From Marispirochaeta sp. (GTDB lineage: Bacteria > Spirochaetota > Spirochaetia > JC444 > Marispirochaetaceae), in assembly GCA_963676835.2 (NCBI GenBank), contig CAXXFF010000003.1, positions 512,001 to 576,000 on the forward strand: a stretch of DNA of 64,000 nucleotides, in the 5' to 3' direction. This document shows, one piece after another, positions 29,324-37,910 of this stretch. The stretch's first letter is position 1; each line of letters begins with the position of its first letter. The position numbers and the translations under genes are program-made. The notes beneath the pieces were generated by a model. That model made no database searches. It was not told the origin of the DNA and worked only from the letters and a program-made list of their open reading frames with translations.

Positions 29324-31393
29324 ATGATGAATAAGAGATTTCTACAATCTGCAATTGCAGTGGCAATTATAATAATTCTTGCTGTTTCAGGATGTTCTGA
29401 TCTCAGCAGTCTTGCCACAGATGCTGAGAATGCCTTTAACGATGATGCTGTAAGCAGCGATGCCGAAAATCTTACGGTCTCAAGCATTACCTATGCCCCC
29501 GGCGATTCAGCAGCTTCCGTTACCGCTGATTTTCAGGTACCTGTAAGCGGCGACAGCGGCACGACTATTACATGGACTTCTTCGGATCCTGCAGTGGTTG
29601 CCATAGCAGCTGACGGAAGTACTACGGTTTCCCGGCCTTCGGGTTCAAACGCTACTGTCACACTGACGGCCACAATAACAAAAGGTGATTCAACATATAC
29701 CAAAACAATTACTGTCATTGTTCTGGCAGCCGATGTTGTAAATCATGCCATAACCTTTAATGCCAATGGAGGCAGCGGCAGCATGAGTAACCAGACTGTT
29801 GCAGAAGGTGCAACTGCCAATCTCAATGCCAATACCTTCACATATTCCGGCCATACCTTCAGCGGTTGGGCAACCTCATCGGGAGGAAGCGTGGTGTATG
29901 CCGACGGCGCAAGCTTTACAATGGGCGGCTCCGATGTAACACTGTATGCAGTCTGGTCAGCAATCACCCACACCATAACCTTTAATGCCAACGGCGGAAG
30001 CGGCAGCATGAGTAATCAGACAATCGAAGAAGGTGCAACTGCCAGCCTCAATGCCAATACCTACACATATTCCGGCCATACCTTCAGCGGCTGGGCAACC
30101 TCATCGGGAGGAAGCGTGGTGTATGCAGACGGCGCAAGCTTTACCATGGGCGGCTCCGATGTAACGCTGTATGCTGTCTGGGCAGCAATTACCCACACCA
30201 TAACCTTTAATGCCAACGGCGGAAGCGGCAGCATGAGTAATCAGACAATCGAAGAAGGTGCAACTGCCAGCCTCACCACCAACGCCTTTACCTATGCTGA
30301 TCATACCTTCAGCGGATGGGCAACCTCATCGGGAGGAAATGTGGTATATGCCGACGGAGCTGACTATACAATGGGAACTGCAGATGCTGTTCTTTATGCC
30401 GTGTGGCGCGCTGATGTTACAATCAGTTCTATTACTCCTGACGGAGAATCATCTGCATCATCGGATTCCGACATCGTAATAGTATTTACGGGAAGTCTTG
30501 ATGGAACCACAATAGGAACAGTGAGTTTTGCATCACCGGCTGTCACTTATACAGACGGGGACAATGCCTCAATAACATTCGGCACCACAAACACAGTAAA
30601 TGATACGGTTACAGTTAACCCGACAGAGAATCTTCAGCAGACAAACTACACGTCCATAACTGTTTCCGGGTTCAAGGACAGCTACTCAGAAGATGTTACC
30701 TGCACTGAATCTGCTTTTTACTTCCCCGTTAGAGGTGCCATGGATCTGTACTTTCCCTTTACTAACGGTTCACTGACAGATGCAAGCGGAAGGGGTGTTT
30801 TATTAGTACCAACCGGAGGTCCGACATTAACTACAGGACATGACGGAAGCGCCGATGGCGCCTACAGCTTCGACGGTACAAACGACTACATGCAGGTTAA
30901 TGGAGATTTAGGCATAGACTGTGATGCCGATTTTACCATCAGCGCATGGATTTATCTTACCGCCATCGCGAACTACAGAGCCATCGTTTCAAATTACCAC
31001 ACCACGGGAGCAAACGGCTTAATGTTCAGGGTCAACTCCAATTGGGCCGGCCACACGAATGCTTTGGACTTGTCGGAAGGTTATTCGAATAATGGAGCAT
31101 TGAGTACAGGAACCTGGCTCCATGTGGTTGGCGTATATACTGAAACAACCCGAACAGTACAATTTTATGTGAACGGGGTTGATAGTGGTTCTGATTCGAC
31201 TGGCTACAATATTGTAGATCCGTTGCTGTCTGATTCAAGAAATAAATTCGCCATTGGTGCTGATTACCTTATCGGCGGCGCAAGATATTTTCCCGGAACA
31301 ATCGATGAAGTCAGGTTTTACAAATACGCCTTGACATCAACCGAAGTAGGCAATCTATACCGCAACGAAGATATCAATGACAATACTCCATAA
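29324..31393 (+). CDS. surface lipoprotein: Ig-like domain, 3 InlB B-repeats, Ig-like domain, LamG/ConA-like domain
   Basis: Lipobox 'VSGC'; 'ITFNANGGSG...GHTFSGWAT...TLYAVW' x3; LamG 'FDGTNDY...FTISAWI...WLHVVGVY...FPGTIDEVRFY'. Confidence 0.88.
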   Translation: MMNKRFLQSAIAVAIIIILAVSGCSDLSSLATDAENAFNDDAVSSDAENLTVSSITYAPGDSAASVTADFQVPVSGDSGTTITWTSSDPAVVAIAADGSTTVSRPSGSNATVTLTATITKGDSTYTKTITVIVLAADVVNHAITFNANGGSGSMSNQTVAEGATANLNANTFTYSGHTFSGWATSSGGSVVYADGASFTMGGSDVTLYAVWSAITHTITFNANGGSGSMSNQTIEEGATASLNANTYTYSGHTFSGWATSSGGSVVYADGASFTMGGSDVTLYAVWAAITHTITFNANGGSGSMSNQTIEEGATASLTTNAFTYADHTFSGWATSSGGNVVYADGADYTMGTADAVLYAVWRADVTISSITPDGESSASSDSDIVIVFTGSLDGTTIGTVSFASPAVTYTDGDNASITFGTTNTVNDTVTVNPTENLQQTNYTSITVSGFKDSYSEDVTCTESAFYFPVRGAMDLYFPFTNGSLTDASGRGVLLVPTGGPTLTTGHDGSADGAYSFDGTNDYMQVNGDLGIDCDADFTISAWIYLTAIANYRAIVSNYHTTGANGLMFRVNSNWAGHTNALDLSEGYSNNGALSTGTWLHVVGVYTETTRTVQFYVNGVDSGSDSTGYNIVDPLLSDSRNKFAIGADYLIGGARYFPGTIDEVRFYKYALTSTEVGNLYRNEDINDNTP
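29744..30406 (+). repeat. three tandem 225-bp (75-aa) InlB B-repeats
   Basis: CCATAACCTTTAATGCCAA at 29748, 29973, 30198. Confidence 0.92.
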
Positions 31394-31406
31394 TAATATC
31401 TGAAGC

Positions 31407-31438
31407 GGAAGGGGCAGCAGCCCCTTCCCTCATTTTTT
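31407..31438 (+). terminator. Rho-independent terminator
   Basis: GGAAGGGGC-AGCA-GCCCCTTCC followed by ctcatttttt. Confidence 0.7.
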
Positions 31439-31489
31439 AACTGAACATGCAACTGGCAGATCACTAAGTTCTGCACTATACTTCTGGAA

Positions 31490-32161
31490 GTGAAAATGAC
31501 CAAGGTTTTTCTTGTTGACGATCATAAAATACTGCTCTCGGGGATTAAAATAATTATAGAGTCTCTGCCGGATTTTTCAGTTATGGGTGAGGCTTATGAC
31601 GGACTGACCGCCGTAAAAGAGATTACACGCCTGGAACCGGATATCTGCGTTGTAGATCTGTCCATTCCCAGGCTGAACGGTTTCGGCGTAGCTCAGAAGC
31701 TGCAGGAGAGCCGTATTGATTCAAAGATAATCCTCTTAACCTCTTTTGTAGACGACTCCCTGGTATCCCGTGCGCTGCAGTACAGAATTGCAGGATATAT
31801 CCTTAAAGAAGACAACACGGACGAGCTGAAGCGGGCTCTTATTGAGGTCCGCGACGGCAACCGGTATTTCTGCCCGAGCGTTATGACAAAAATGATAAAT
31901 AAAATTGAGAAGCTTGAAGGAAGCTCTGAAGTAATACCTCAGACAGCAATGGTGAACTCACTCTCTCCAAGAGAAACTGATGTCCTTATGCTGGTTGCAA
32001 ATGGACTGACCGGTAAAGAGATCTGCGGAGAGCTCCATATTTCGGAATCAACTCTAAAAAAACACAAGACAAACCTGCTTAAAAAAATGGATGTTAAAAC
32101 AACCAATGAACTTATTGCCCTTGTAAATAAGGATGAACGGTTTGCCAGGCTTTTTACCTGA
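31490..32161 (+). CDS. NarL/LuxR family response regulator
   Basis: 'VFLVDDH', 'VVDLSIP', 'LSPRETDVL...HISESTLKKH'. Confidence 0.93.
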   Translation: MKMTKVFLVDDHKILLSGIKIIIESLPDFSVMGEAYDGLTAVKEITRLEPDICVVDLSIPRLNGFGVAQKLQESRIDSKIILLTSFVDDSLVSRALQYRIAGYILKEDNTDELKRALIEVRDGNRYFCPSVMTKMINKIEKLEGSSEVIPQTAMVNSLSPRETDVLMLVANGLTGKEICGELHISESTLKKHKTNLLKKMDVKTTNELIALVNKDERFARLFT

Positions 32162-34106
32162 GGTTTTAAACAAACCCTTCATTGTCTTATCATTCCTGTT
32201 ATTGCTGACAACCGGCAGCGGTTGGGCAGACACTATTGTACAGAACGAGCTTGACTGGGACGGTAAAAGCATAGTCGAAATATCCGATGAATGGGAGTTC
32301 TGCTGGCATGCAATGCTCACATCGGCCGAAGAACGTCCTCGGGATGCAGAAATTTATACAATACCGTTTCTCGGTTCATGGCAGTCAAACACTGAGGGCG
32401 ATAACAGGCTTCCGTCATATGGATACGGAACCTACCAGAAGATTATCATACTGCCGCCGGATAGGGGAAAGCACATAATATTAAGGATACCCCAGGTAGA
32501 TCCGGCAATAGCGGTTTACTGCAACGGAGAACTGATTTACTCAAACGGAACAGTGGGCGGTACTGCAGAAACATCTGTTCCGGAAGAATACAGACCGGTT
32601 CTCAGAGAGATCTCTTCAGAAACCGGCATCTTTGACATATCCATACAGATGTCCAATTTTGATCTCGACTCATATGGGAACTATCTAATGCCGGTCATGT
32701 CTTCTGTTGATACCGCGTTCGGAATACAGGCTGCAGCCTTTATGGCCAATGCACTATTAATAACAGCACTTCTTATTCTTGCCATCTACCTTCTTGCCAG
32801 CGGCATCAAACTGAATAACAGGTGGAGTATCTACCTTGGTCTTTCATATATTACAAATGTACTTTTTTTACTGGTTAACGGAGAAGTTTTTCTTGGCCAG
32901 CTGGGCCTGTCAAGGTTGATAATCTGGAAGATCCATTATCTTTCACGGTTTCTGACGTTTTTTTTCTTTTTCTGTTTTACCATGGAGTTCTTTTCCGTCC
33001 GCCTTCCACGGCTATTGAATCTTTCAGTACGGGTTTTCACTGTTTTGCTTTCATCTGTCTTTTTACTGACAAAACCGCCGCTGCTGCCCCATTTTTTAAT
33101 TCCTTCGGCACTTATCGGCTACGGTATAATTGTATTCGGTATTGTCCTTTCTATAAAAGGAGTTTTAAAGGATTATCCCCGTTCCCGGGTTTATCTTACA
33201 GCAATACTGATTCTTGCTGTCTTTATGAGTTTTGATATATTAAACAATCCTCCATCTTGGCCTATTCTTTTTAACTGCAAGAGTTCAATAGGACTGCTTC
33301 TGTTCGGAATAATACATACCCTGATGCTTATAGATATACTGAGTACCCATGTAAGCACTATTGAAAAGCTTGTTGATAAACGAACCAGAGAACTTGAAGC
33401 TGCAGTATGGGCACAGGCCAGGTATGCACGGGTAGGCGAAATGCTAAATTTCATAGCACACCAATGGCAGCAATACCTCTATGCTGTTTCAGCCAATGTT
33501 GAAGGTTTAAATCAGGAGGAAGAAAAAAGTATTTCGGGAAAAAAGAGGCTGGAAATTTATGGCACTATCTCCGAGGCTGTACGAAGTATGTTTTCTACCC
33601 TGAAAGATTTTCGTAATTTCCTGAGTCCCGTACGGAATAGAGAACGCTTTAATGTTCATGATGAAGGCCGAAAGGTATTTTCTCTGCTTGAGGACCTTTT
33701 TCTGACAAAAGGAATTGAGATTAATATCGAAACAAGCGGAGACACAAGAATCTGGGGGGTAAAAAATGAATTGCAGCAGGTTATTCTTAACCTGCTTACA
33801 AACGCGGTTAACATAATCGAAAAACGTAGTATAGATTCCCCATACATTCACTTTATATCTAGCGGAAGTTCTGATTCCGTTTCGTTGGTAATAGAAGATA
33901 ACGCAGGCGGTATCAGCAGCAGGCTCCGCGAAGAGTTGTTTAAACAGGAAAAAAACAGAGAAACTATCGGTAGTGGTATGGGACTTTACATGTCGAGAAG
34001 AATAATCCGTGAGAGGTTCGATGGAGATATGATATATGAGGACGGCCTTTCCGGCGCTCGTTTTGTAATTATCCTTCCAAAGGATTATAGAAAATCTGTC
34101 CGGTAA
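32133..34106 (+). CDS. sensor histidine kinase with periplasmic jelly-roll domain and 7TM region (7TM-DISM-like)
   Basis: 'WEFCW', 'YGYGTY'; about 7 TM helices; H-box 'FIAHQWQQ'; 'NLLTNA', 'DNAGG', 'GSGMGL'. Confidence 0.9.
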   Translation: MNGLPGFLPEVLNKPFIVLSFLLLLTTGSGWADTIVQNELDWDGKSIVEISDEWEFCWHAMLTSAEERPRDAEIYTIPFLGSWQSNTEGDNRLPSYGYGTYQKIIILPPDRGKHIILRIPQVDPAIAVYCNGELIYSNGTVGGTAETSVPEEYRPVLREISSETGIFDISIQMSNFDLDSYGNYLMPVMSSVDTAFGIQAAAFMANALLITALLILAIYLLASGIKLNNRWSIYLGLSYITNVLFLLVNGEVFLGQLGLSRLIIWKIHYLSRFLTFFFFFCFTMEFFSVRLPRLLNLSVRVFTVLLSSVFLLTKPPLLPHFLIPSALIGYGIIVFGIVLSIKGVLKDYPRSRVYLTAILILAVFMSFDILNNPPSWPILFNCKSSIGLLLFGIIHTLMLIDILSTHVSTIEKLVDKRTRELEAAVWAQARYARVGEMLNFIAHQWQQYLYAVSANVEGLNQEEEKSISGKKRLEIYGTISEAVRSMFSTLKDFRNFLSPVRNRERFNVHDEGRKVFSLLEDLFLTKGIEINIETSGDTRIWGVKNELQQVILNLLTNAVNIIEKRSIDSPYIHFISSGSSDSVSLVIEDNAGGISSRLREELFKQEKNRETIGSGMGLYMSRRIIRERFDGDMIYEDGLSGARFVIILPKDYRKSVR

Positions 34107-34145
34107 ATATTTTTTCTTAAGGATGCTTCAAGCTTTTTTTCAGTA

Positions 34146-34620
34146 TCAGGGAGTTAGTAAATCTGCCGCAAGCCCCGAAACAACAGCAAAAACCAGCACA
34201 AACCCGATATACATCCAGAACCTGCGCACGCTCAAGGCAATCTTCAATGCTCCCAGGTTAGTCAGCTTCGTGGCGGGGCCGGTAATCATGAATGCCACGG
34301 CACTCCCCGCTCCCATTCCGCTGTGGAGCCATTCAGCAAGCAGAGGAACTGTTCCCCCGCCACAGACATAGAGGGGAATCCCCAGGGCTGAAGCCATCAG
34401 GATACCAAACCCCTGGTTTCCGCTCCCGAAAAGTTTCGCAGCAAATTCTTCTGGAACATAACGCTGATAAAGGGCTGTCAAAAAAATACCAAGAAGAAAA
34501 TATGGACCTGTGGCCTGTAGCTTTTATATTTCGCCATATATTCAGCAGAAAGCGGATTAGGATGTTGGGATGGGTGACGGGTAATACTCGTATATGCTTT
34601 ACCGAACCTGAAAAAAGGTT
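34146..34620 (-). pseudogene. 3' fragment of a predicted permease (DUF318/ArsP-like), frameshifted
   Basis: 'HPNILIRFLLNIWRNIKATG' and 'TALYQRYVP...PLYVCGGGTVPLLAEWL...GPATK' lie in different frames; both match the intact gene at 51769-52680. Confidence 0.8.
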
Positions 34621-34708
34621 TGCCGTTCTTAACAAACACCGCATAAGAACAATTATGAAGTATGAAAATATACTCCTTTATATAGTAAAGAAGTTGATTT
34701 TTATTCTG

Positions 34709-34737
34709 TTGTAGATACATCATAAAAGATGTATAAT
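34709..34737 (+). promoter_or_regulatory. orphan sigma70-like promoter with overlapping palindrome
   Basis: TTGTAG-N17-TATAAT; ATACATC-N6-GATGTAT palindrome at 34715-34734. Confidence 0.45.
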
Positions 34738-35003
34738 GTACATATGAATAAACATACTACATAACAGCTTCTTATGTAGTACGATACAGCCCTATATGTA
34801 CTGCATAAGCACACTGTTCGAGGTCAAGTCATAGCCGGCCCATGAAGGCCTCATTCCGGGATGCGTTTTTATTTATAACCCATTATACGCCAAGGAATAG
34901 CACCATTCCACCATAGTACTTCAGTAATCCGATTAATGATGAGGATTGATTCCACAGGTTTTTAGAAAAGTTTCCAGATCAATGAGCAAGTTCATTGTCA
35001 GTA

Positions 35004-35465
35004 TCAGGCCCTCTCGTCCTGCTTCCTGTGAATCATAACCATAACCTGTCGCGCAGCAGGTTGCGCAATAAGTGCCTCAACGAAAAACGCTATTACTGCA
35101 TTTCGAGGCCAGATATACATAAAATTTCGCAGAGGATACATGGTGATCGCTTTTGTACCATTCCAGGTCCCGATGATTGTCAGAAAGATCGATATGAAGA
35201 AGATCGAACACAAAATGTTTATGGTGACCACTGCACGGAAACTGTCACCTTGAGAAACAATCTTCCCTGTAAGCCACTCAGCCAGTGGGTAGGTAATCAG
35301 GACAACAGCAATAACCGCGGGCCAGAAGCGGTATGGTTCCTCCGAAAAAACAGAAACAGCAGAACCGATTATAAGAATCAGCGCCAAGTAGGGAGCTATG
35401 AATCCGAACTGGACGCTGAGGTAGTAGTAAAGATAGATAAACTCTCTATGGAGAATATCAGCCAT
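35004..35465 (-). pseudogene. chimeric ORF: permease N-terminus fused to a DUF2798-like C-terminus
   Basis: First ~41 aa align to the start of the permease at 52680 (MVDLFRRELVY...GSLVSVF); the remainder ('WPRNAVIAFFVEALIAQPAAR') is DUF2798-like. Confidence 0.65.
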
Positions 35466-35511
35466 CAATCATAACCAGTTCATACTCCAGGCTGCCGATG
35501 CCCAGGGCTTC
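35458..35511 (-). pseudogene. 3' remnant of a DUF362 gene
   Basis: EALGIGSLEYELVMIDG* versus ESLGLGIQEYHLVSVDG* at the end of 52673-53710, with the same overlap onto the permease start. Confidence 0.7.
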
Positions 35512-35603
35512 CGTGAAGTATTTATTTTTGAAAGAAGTTATCGGACATTCACTTGAAAAAAGAACTTAAGCCCGGAATATACCTTAATAGAAAGATCTCA
35601 CTC

Positions 35604-36764
35604 CTAAAAAAAACCCTGTCTGAAATTTCTTACTGCAGCAGCGGGATTATCCATCTCTATATCTCCATCATACAGCAGTAGGCCGGCCACAGAGCTGCCC
35701 GATAGTTTGCGATAGTATTCTATGCTCTTCAGAAAATCACCATGGTAGGTACGGGAAGACTTGATTTCCACAGGAATAAAATCCGATCCTGAAGGAAAAA
35801 GCAGATCCACTTCATGCTGGTGGTTATCTCTGAAGAAATATAAACGCCCTTCCTTACCCTGATTATACCGCATTTTCAGCGCCTCCAGGACAACCATATT
35901 TTCAAATAATCCACCAAAAACACGGTCTCGTTCAACTTGCTCAGGAGTCTCAATCCCTAAAAGGTAGACAGCTAATCCGGGCTCGATAAAATAAATCTTG
36001 GGAGACTTGGTGAGCCGTTTTCCATAATTATTAAAAAACGGAGGAAGTCTGAATAAAATAAATGATGCTTCAAGGACACCAATCCAGCGTTTTATCTGAG
36101 GAGCGCTGATCCCTACCTGACCGGCCAGCTGACTGTAATTCAGCTCCTGTCCAACCCTCCCTGCCAGCAATCGCAGAAAAAGTTCAAAAACCTGTTGATT
36201 CTCAAGAGCTATTAATTTGCGAACATCCCGCTCAACATAAGTCTGATAATAATCACGGTAATAACGTTCCGGACGGATATTCTGGTCATACAACCGGGGC
36301 ATAAATCCTTTGAACAACAGCTCATTCCGTGGTTGTTCTATTGAAGAACCGGGGAGTTCCTGCAGGGAAAACGGCAGAAGAGTCAATAAGGCAGTTCTTC
36401 CGGCAAGTGTCTGACCGATTGCTTCCCGAAGGGATAACTGATGACTTCCTGTCAGTATAAATTGCGCTTTTTTCTCAGGATTCTCATCTACAATAACCTG
36501 TATCCATGACAACAGCTCTGGTACATTCTGAATTTCATCAAGAATACAGGGGTGGTGAAAACGGGTAAAGAAACTTTTAGGGTCTTCTGCCGCCAGAGAA
36601 CGGTGTTCCGGCTGTTCCAGATTTACATACTCGTATTCCGAAAAAACCATCCTGGCCAGAGTGGTTTTTCCAGACTGACGCGGCCCGATTATAGTAATAA
36701 CCGGGTATTCCGATGCGGAAATAGTAAGCTCTGTCTCAATCACCCTATGAATCATACCGTACAA
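35604..36764 (-). CDS. AAA+ ATPase with DUF4143 / restriction-endonuclease-like C-terminus
   Basis: 'GPRQSGKTT', 'LDEIQ', 'LAGR', 'KSPKIYF', 'EVDLL...PVEIK'. Confidence 0.9.
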   Translation of the reverse strand: MYGMIHRVIETELTISASEYPVITIIGPRQSGKTTLARMVFSEYEYVNLEQPEHRSLAAEDPKSFFTRFHHPCILDEIQNVPELLSWIQVIVDENPEKKAQFILTGSHQLSLREAIGQTLAGRTALLTLLPFSLQELPGSSIEQPRNELLFKGFMPRLYDQNIRPERYYRDYYQTYVERDVRKLIALENQQVFELFLRLLAGRVGQELNYSQLAGQVGISAPQIKRWIGVLEASFILFRLPPFFNNYGKRLTKSPKIYFIEPGLAVYLLGIETPEQVERDRVFGGLFENMVVLEALKMRYNQGKEGRLYFFRDNHQHEVDLLFPSGSDFIPVEIKSSRTYHGDFLKSIEYYRKLSGSSVAGLLLYDGDIEMDNPAAAVRNFRQGFF

Positions 36765-36909
36765 ATATAAACTCTGTGTTTTGTTTTGTACAGCTTTTTC
36801 GTCGCTAACTCTTTTTTCAGCTTTGCCATGTGAAATCTCACCTGTTTATTATGGATGGAATAACATAAAAGCATGACTTTCACAGCAACAAACCGGATAT
36901 CACAGGGAT

Positions 36910-37353
36910 TTACCCCATCATCTTTATAAGCGTCTCCTTTAAAGCTCCGGCATCCACCCGGCCAATGCGCATCTCAATTTCCTCTTCCATCTGCTCCACC
37001 AAAACACCGTTATCAGTGCAATAAATCACCCCCTTCTCTGTTATGAACATGTATTTATCACGCTTGTTACCGGGAATGTAATCAAAGGTAAGATATCCCC
37101 GCTCTTCAAGGTGAACTGCTGTCTTCTGCATTGCCTGGCGGGATACATGCATAATACGTGAGACTTGAGAAATGGACAGCGGTGTCTGACGAATCCTTGC
37201 AAGAAGGTGGGATTCTGTATGGGAAATGCCCCTGTTACCGGACTGCTCCCGCCTTTCCAGTATCACTTGCCGCAGATGAAGGTGGCATTCACTGATCAGG
37301 TCGATGAGATTCAGATTCTGCAGATAGTTTTTGTCCGGTTTTTCAGGCTGCAT
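36910..37353 (-). CDS. MarR family transcriptional regulator
   Basis: 'ISQVSRIMHVSRQA...LEERGYL...NKRDK...ITEKG'. Confidence 0.88.
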   Translation of the reverse strand: MQPEKPDKNYLQNLNLIDLISECHLHLRQVILERREQSGNRGISHTESHLLARIRQTPLSISQVSRIMHVSRQAMQKTAVHLEERGYLTFDYIPGNKRDKYMFITEKGVIYCTDNGVLVEQMEEEIEMRIGRVDAGALKETLIKMMG

Positions 37354-37357
37354 TACT

Positions 37358-37825
37358 TCATCTTACAGCTACAGGAAAAATCCGCAGATGTATTAAGCGG
37401 CTGACAGGATTGGCAAAAAGCAGGTTCAGCGGTACCGCCATAAGCAGGTTCATCAGTGCGATCTCAAGATAAACGTCTGCTATTTTCGAAGAAAACCCTA
37501 CCGCCATAACAGAGCCGAACAGTGACATGCAGAGTACCATTCCGGTAATCATCAGCATGCTTATTATCACAACCTTTACCGGCAGGCTGGTGATGTTGTT
37601 CTTTCCAATTATATGGAAGGCAATGGGCTTGGCTATTTTTGATACCAGAAACAGATCAAGCAGCAGTGCGATGGCAAAGCCGAGCCAGACTTCCTTGAAT
37701 AAGGTGAGTAAAAAGCCGGCGGACCAGCCTTCAAGAAGGAACATATTGTATGCGGTCAACCCCTGAACCATGATAAAACAAATAGATAAAGTAAAAACAA
37801 ATCGTTCAAATTTCGTGTTTCCCAC
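37358..37825 (-). CDS. DUF2798-family membrane protein
   Basis: Four TM segments, 'TKFERFVF', 'MVLCMSLFG'; GTG start after GAGG. Confidence 0.75.
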   Translation of the reverse strand: MGNTKFERFVFTLSICFIMVQGLTAYNMFLLEGWSAGFLLTLFKEVWLGFAIALLLDLFLVSKIAKPIAFHIIGKNNITSLPVKVVIISMLMITGMVLCMSLFGSVMAVGFSSKIADVYLEIALMNLLMAVPLNLLFANPVSRLIHLRIFPVAVR

Positions 37826-37856
37826 GAGTAATATCCTCAAAAATCAATTTGAGGCG

Positions 37857-37896
37857 ATAATGAATGTTTTTTGTTTTTTTGTCAACAAGGTTGACA
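37857..37896 (-). promoter_or_regulatory. promoter and palindromic operator for the DUF2798-marR operon
   Basis: Minus strand TTGACA-N17-CATTAT; palindrome TGTCAAC-AAG-GTTGACA (37880-37896) overlaps the -35. Confidence 0.6.
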
Positions 37897-37910
37897 TTTA
37901 ATAGCGATCT

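Noticed and set aside
29744..30406. Near-identical repeats as a DGR template/variable pair
   Set aside because: In-frame tandem domain repeats, differences are not adenine-specific, and no reverse transcriptase is present
34333..34723. ORFs 34333-34644 and 34478-34723 as genes
   Set aside because: Explained as frameshifted permease fragments plus non-coding DNA
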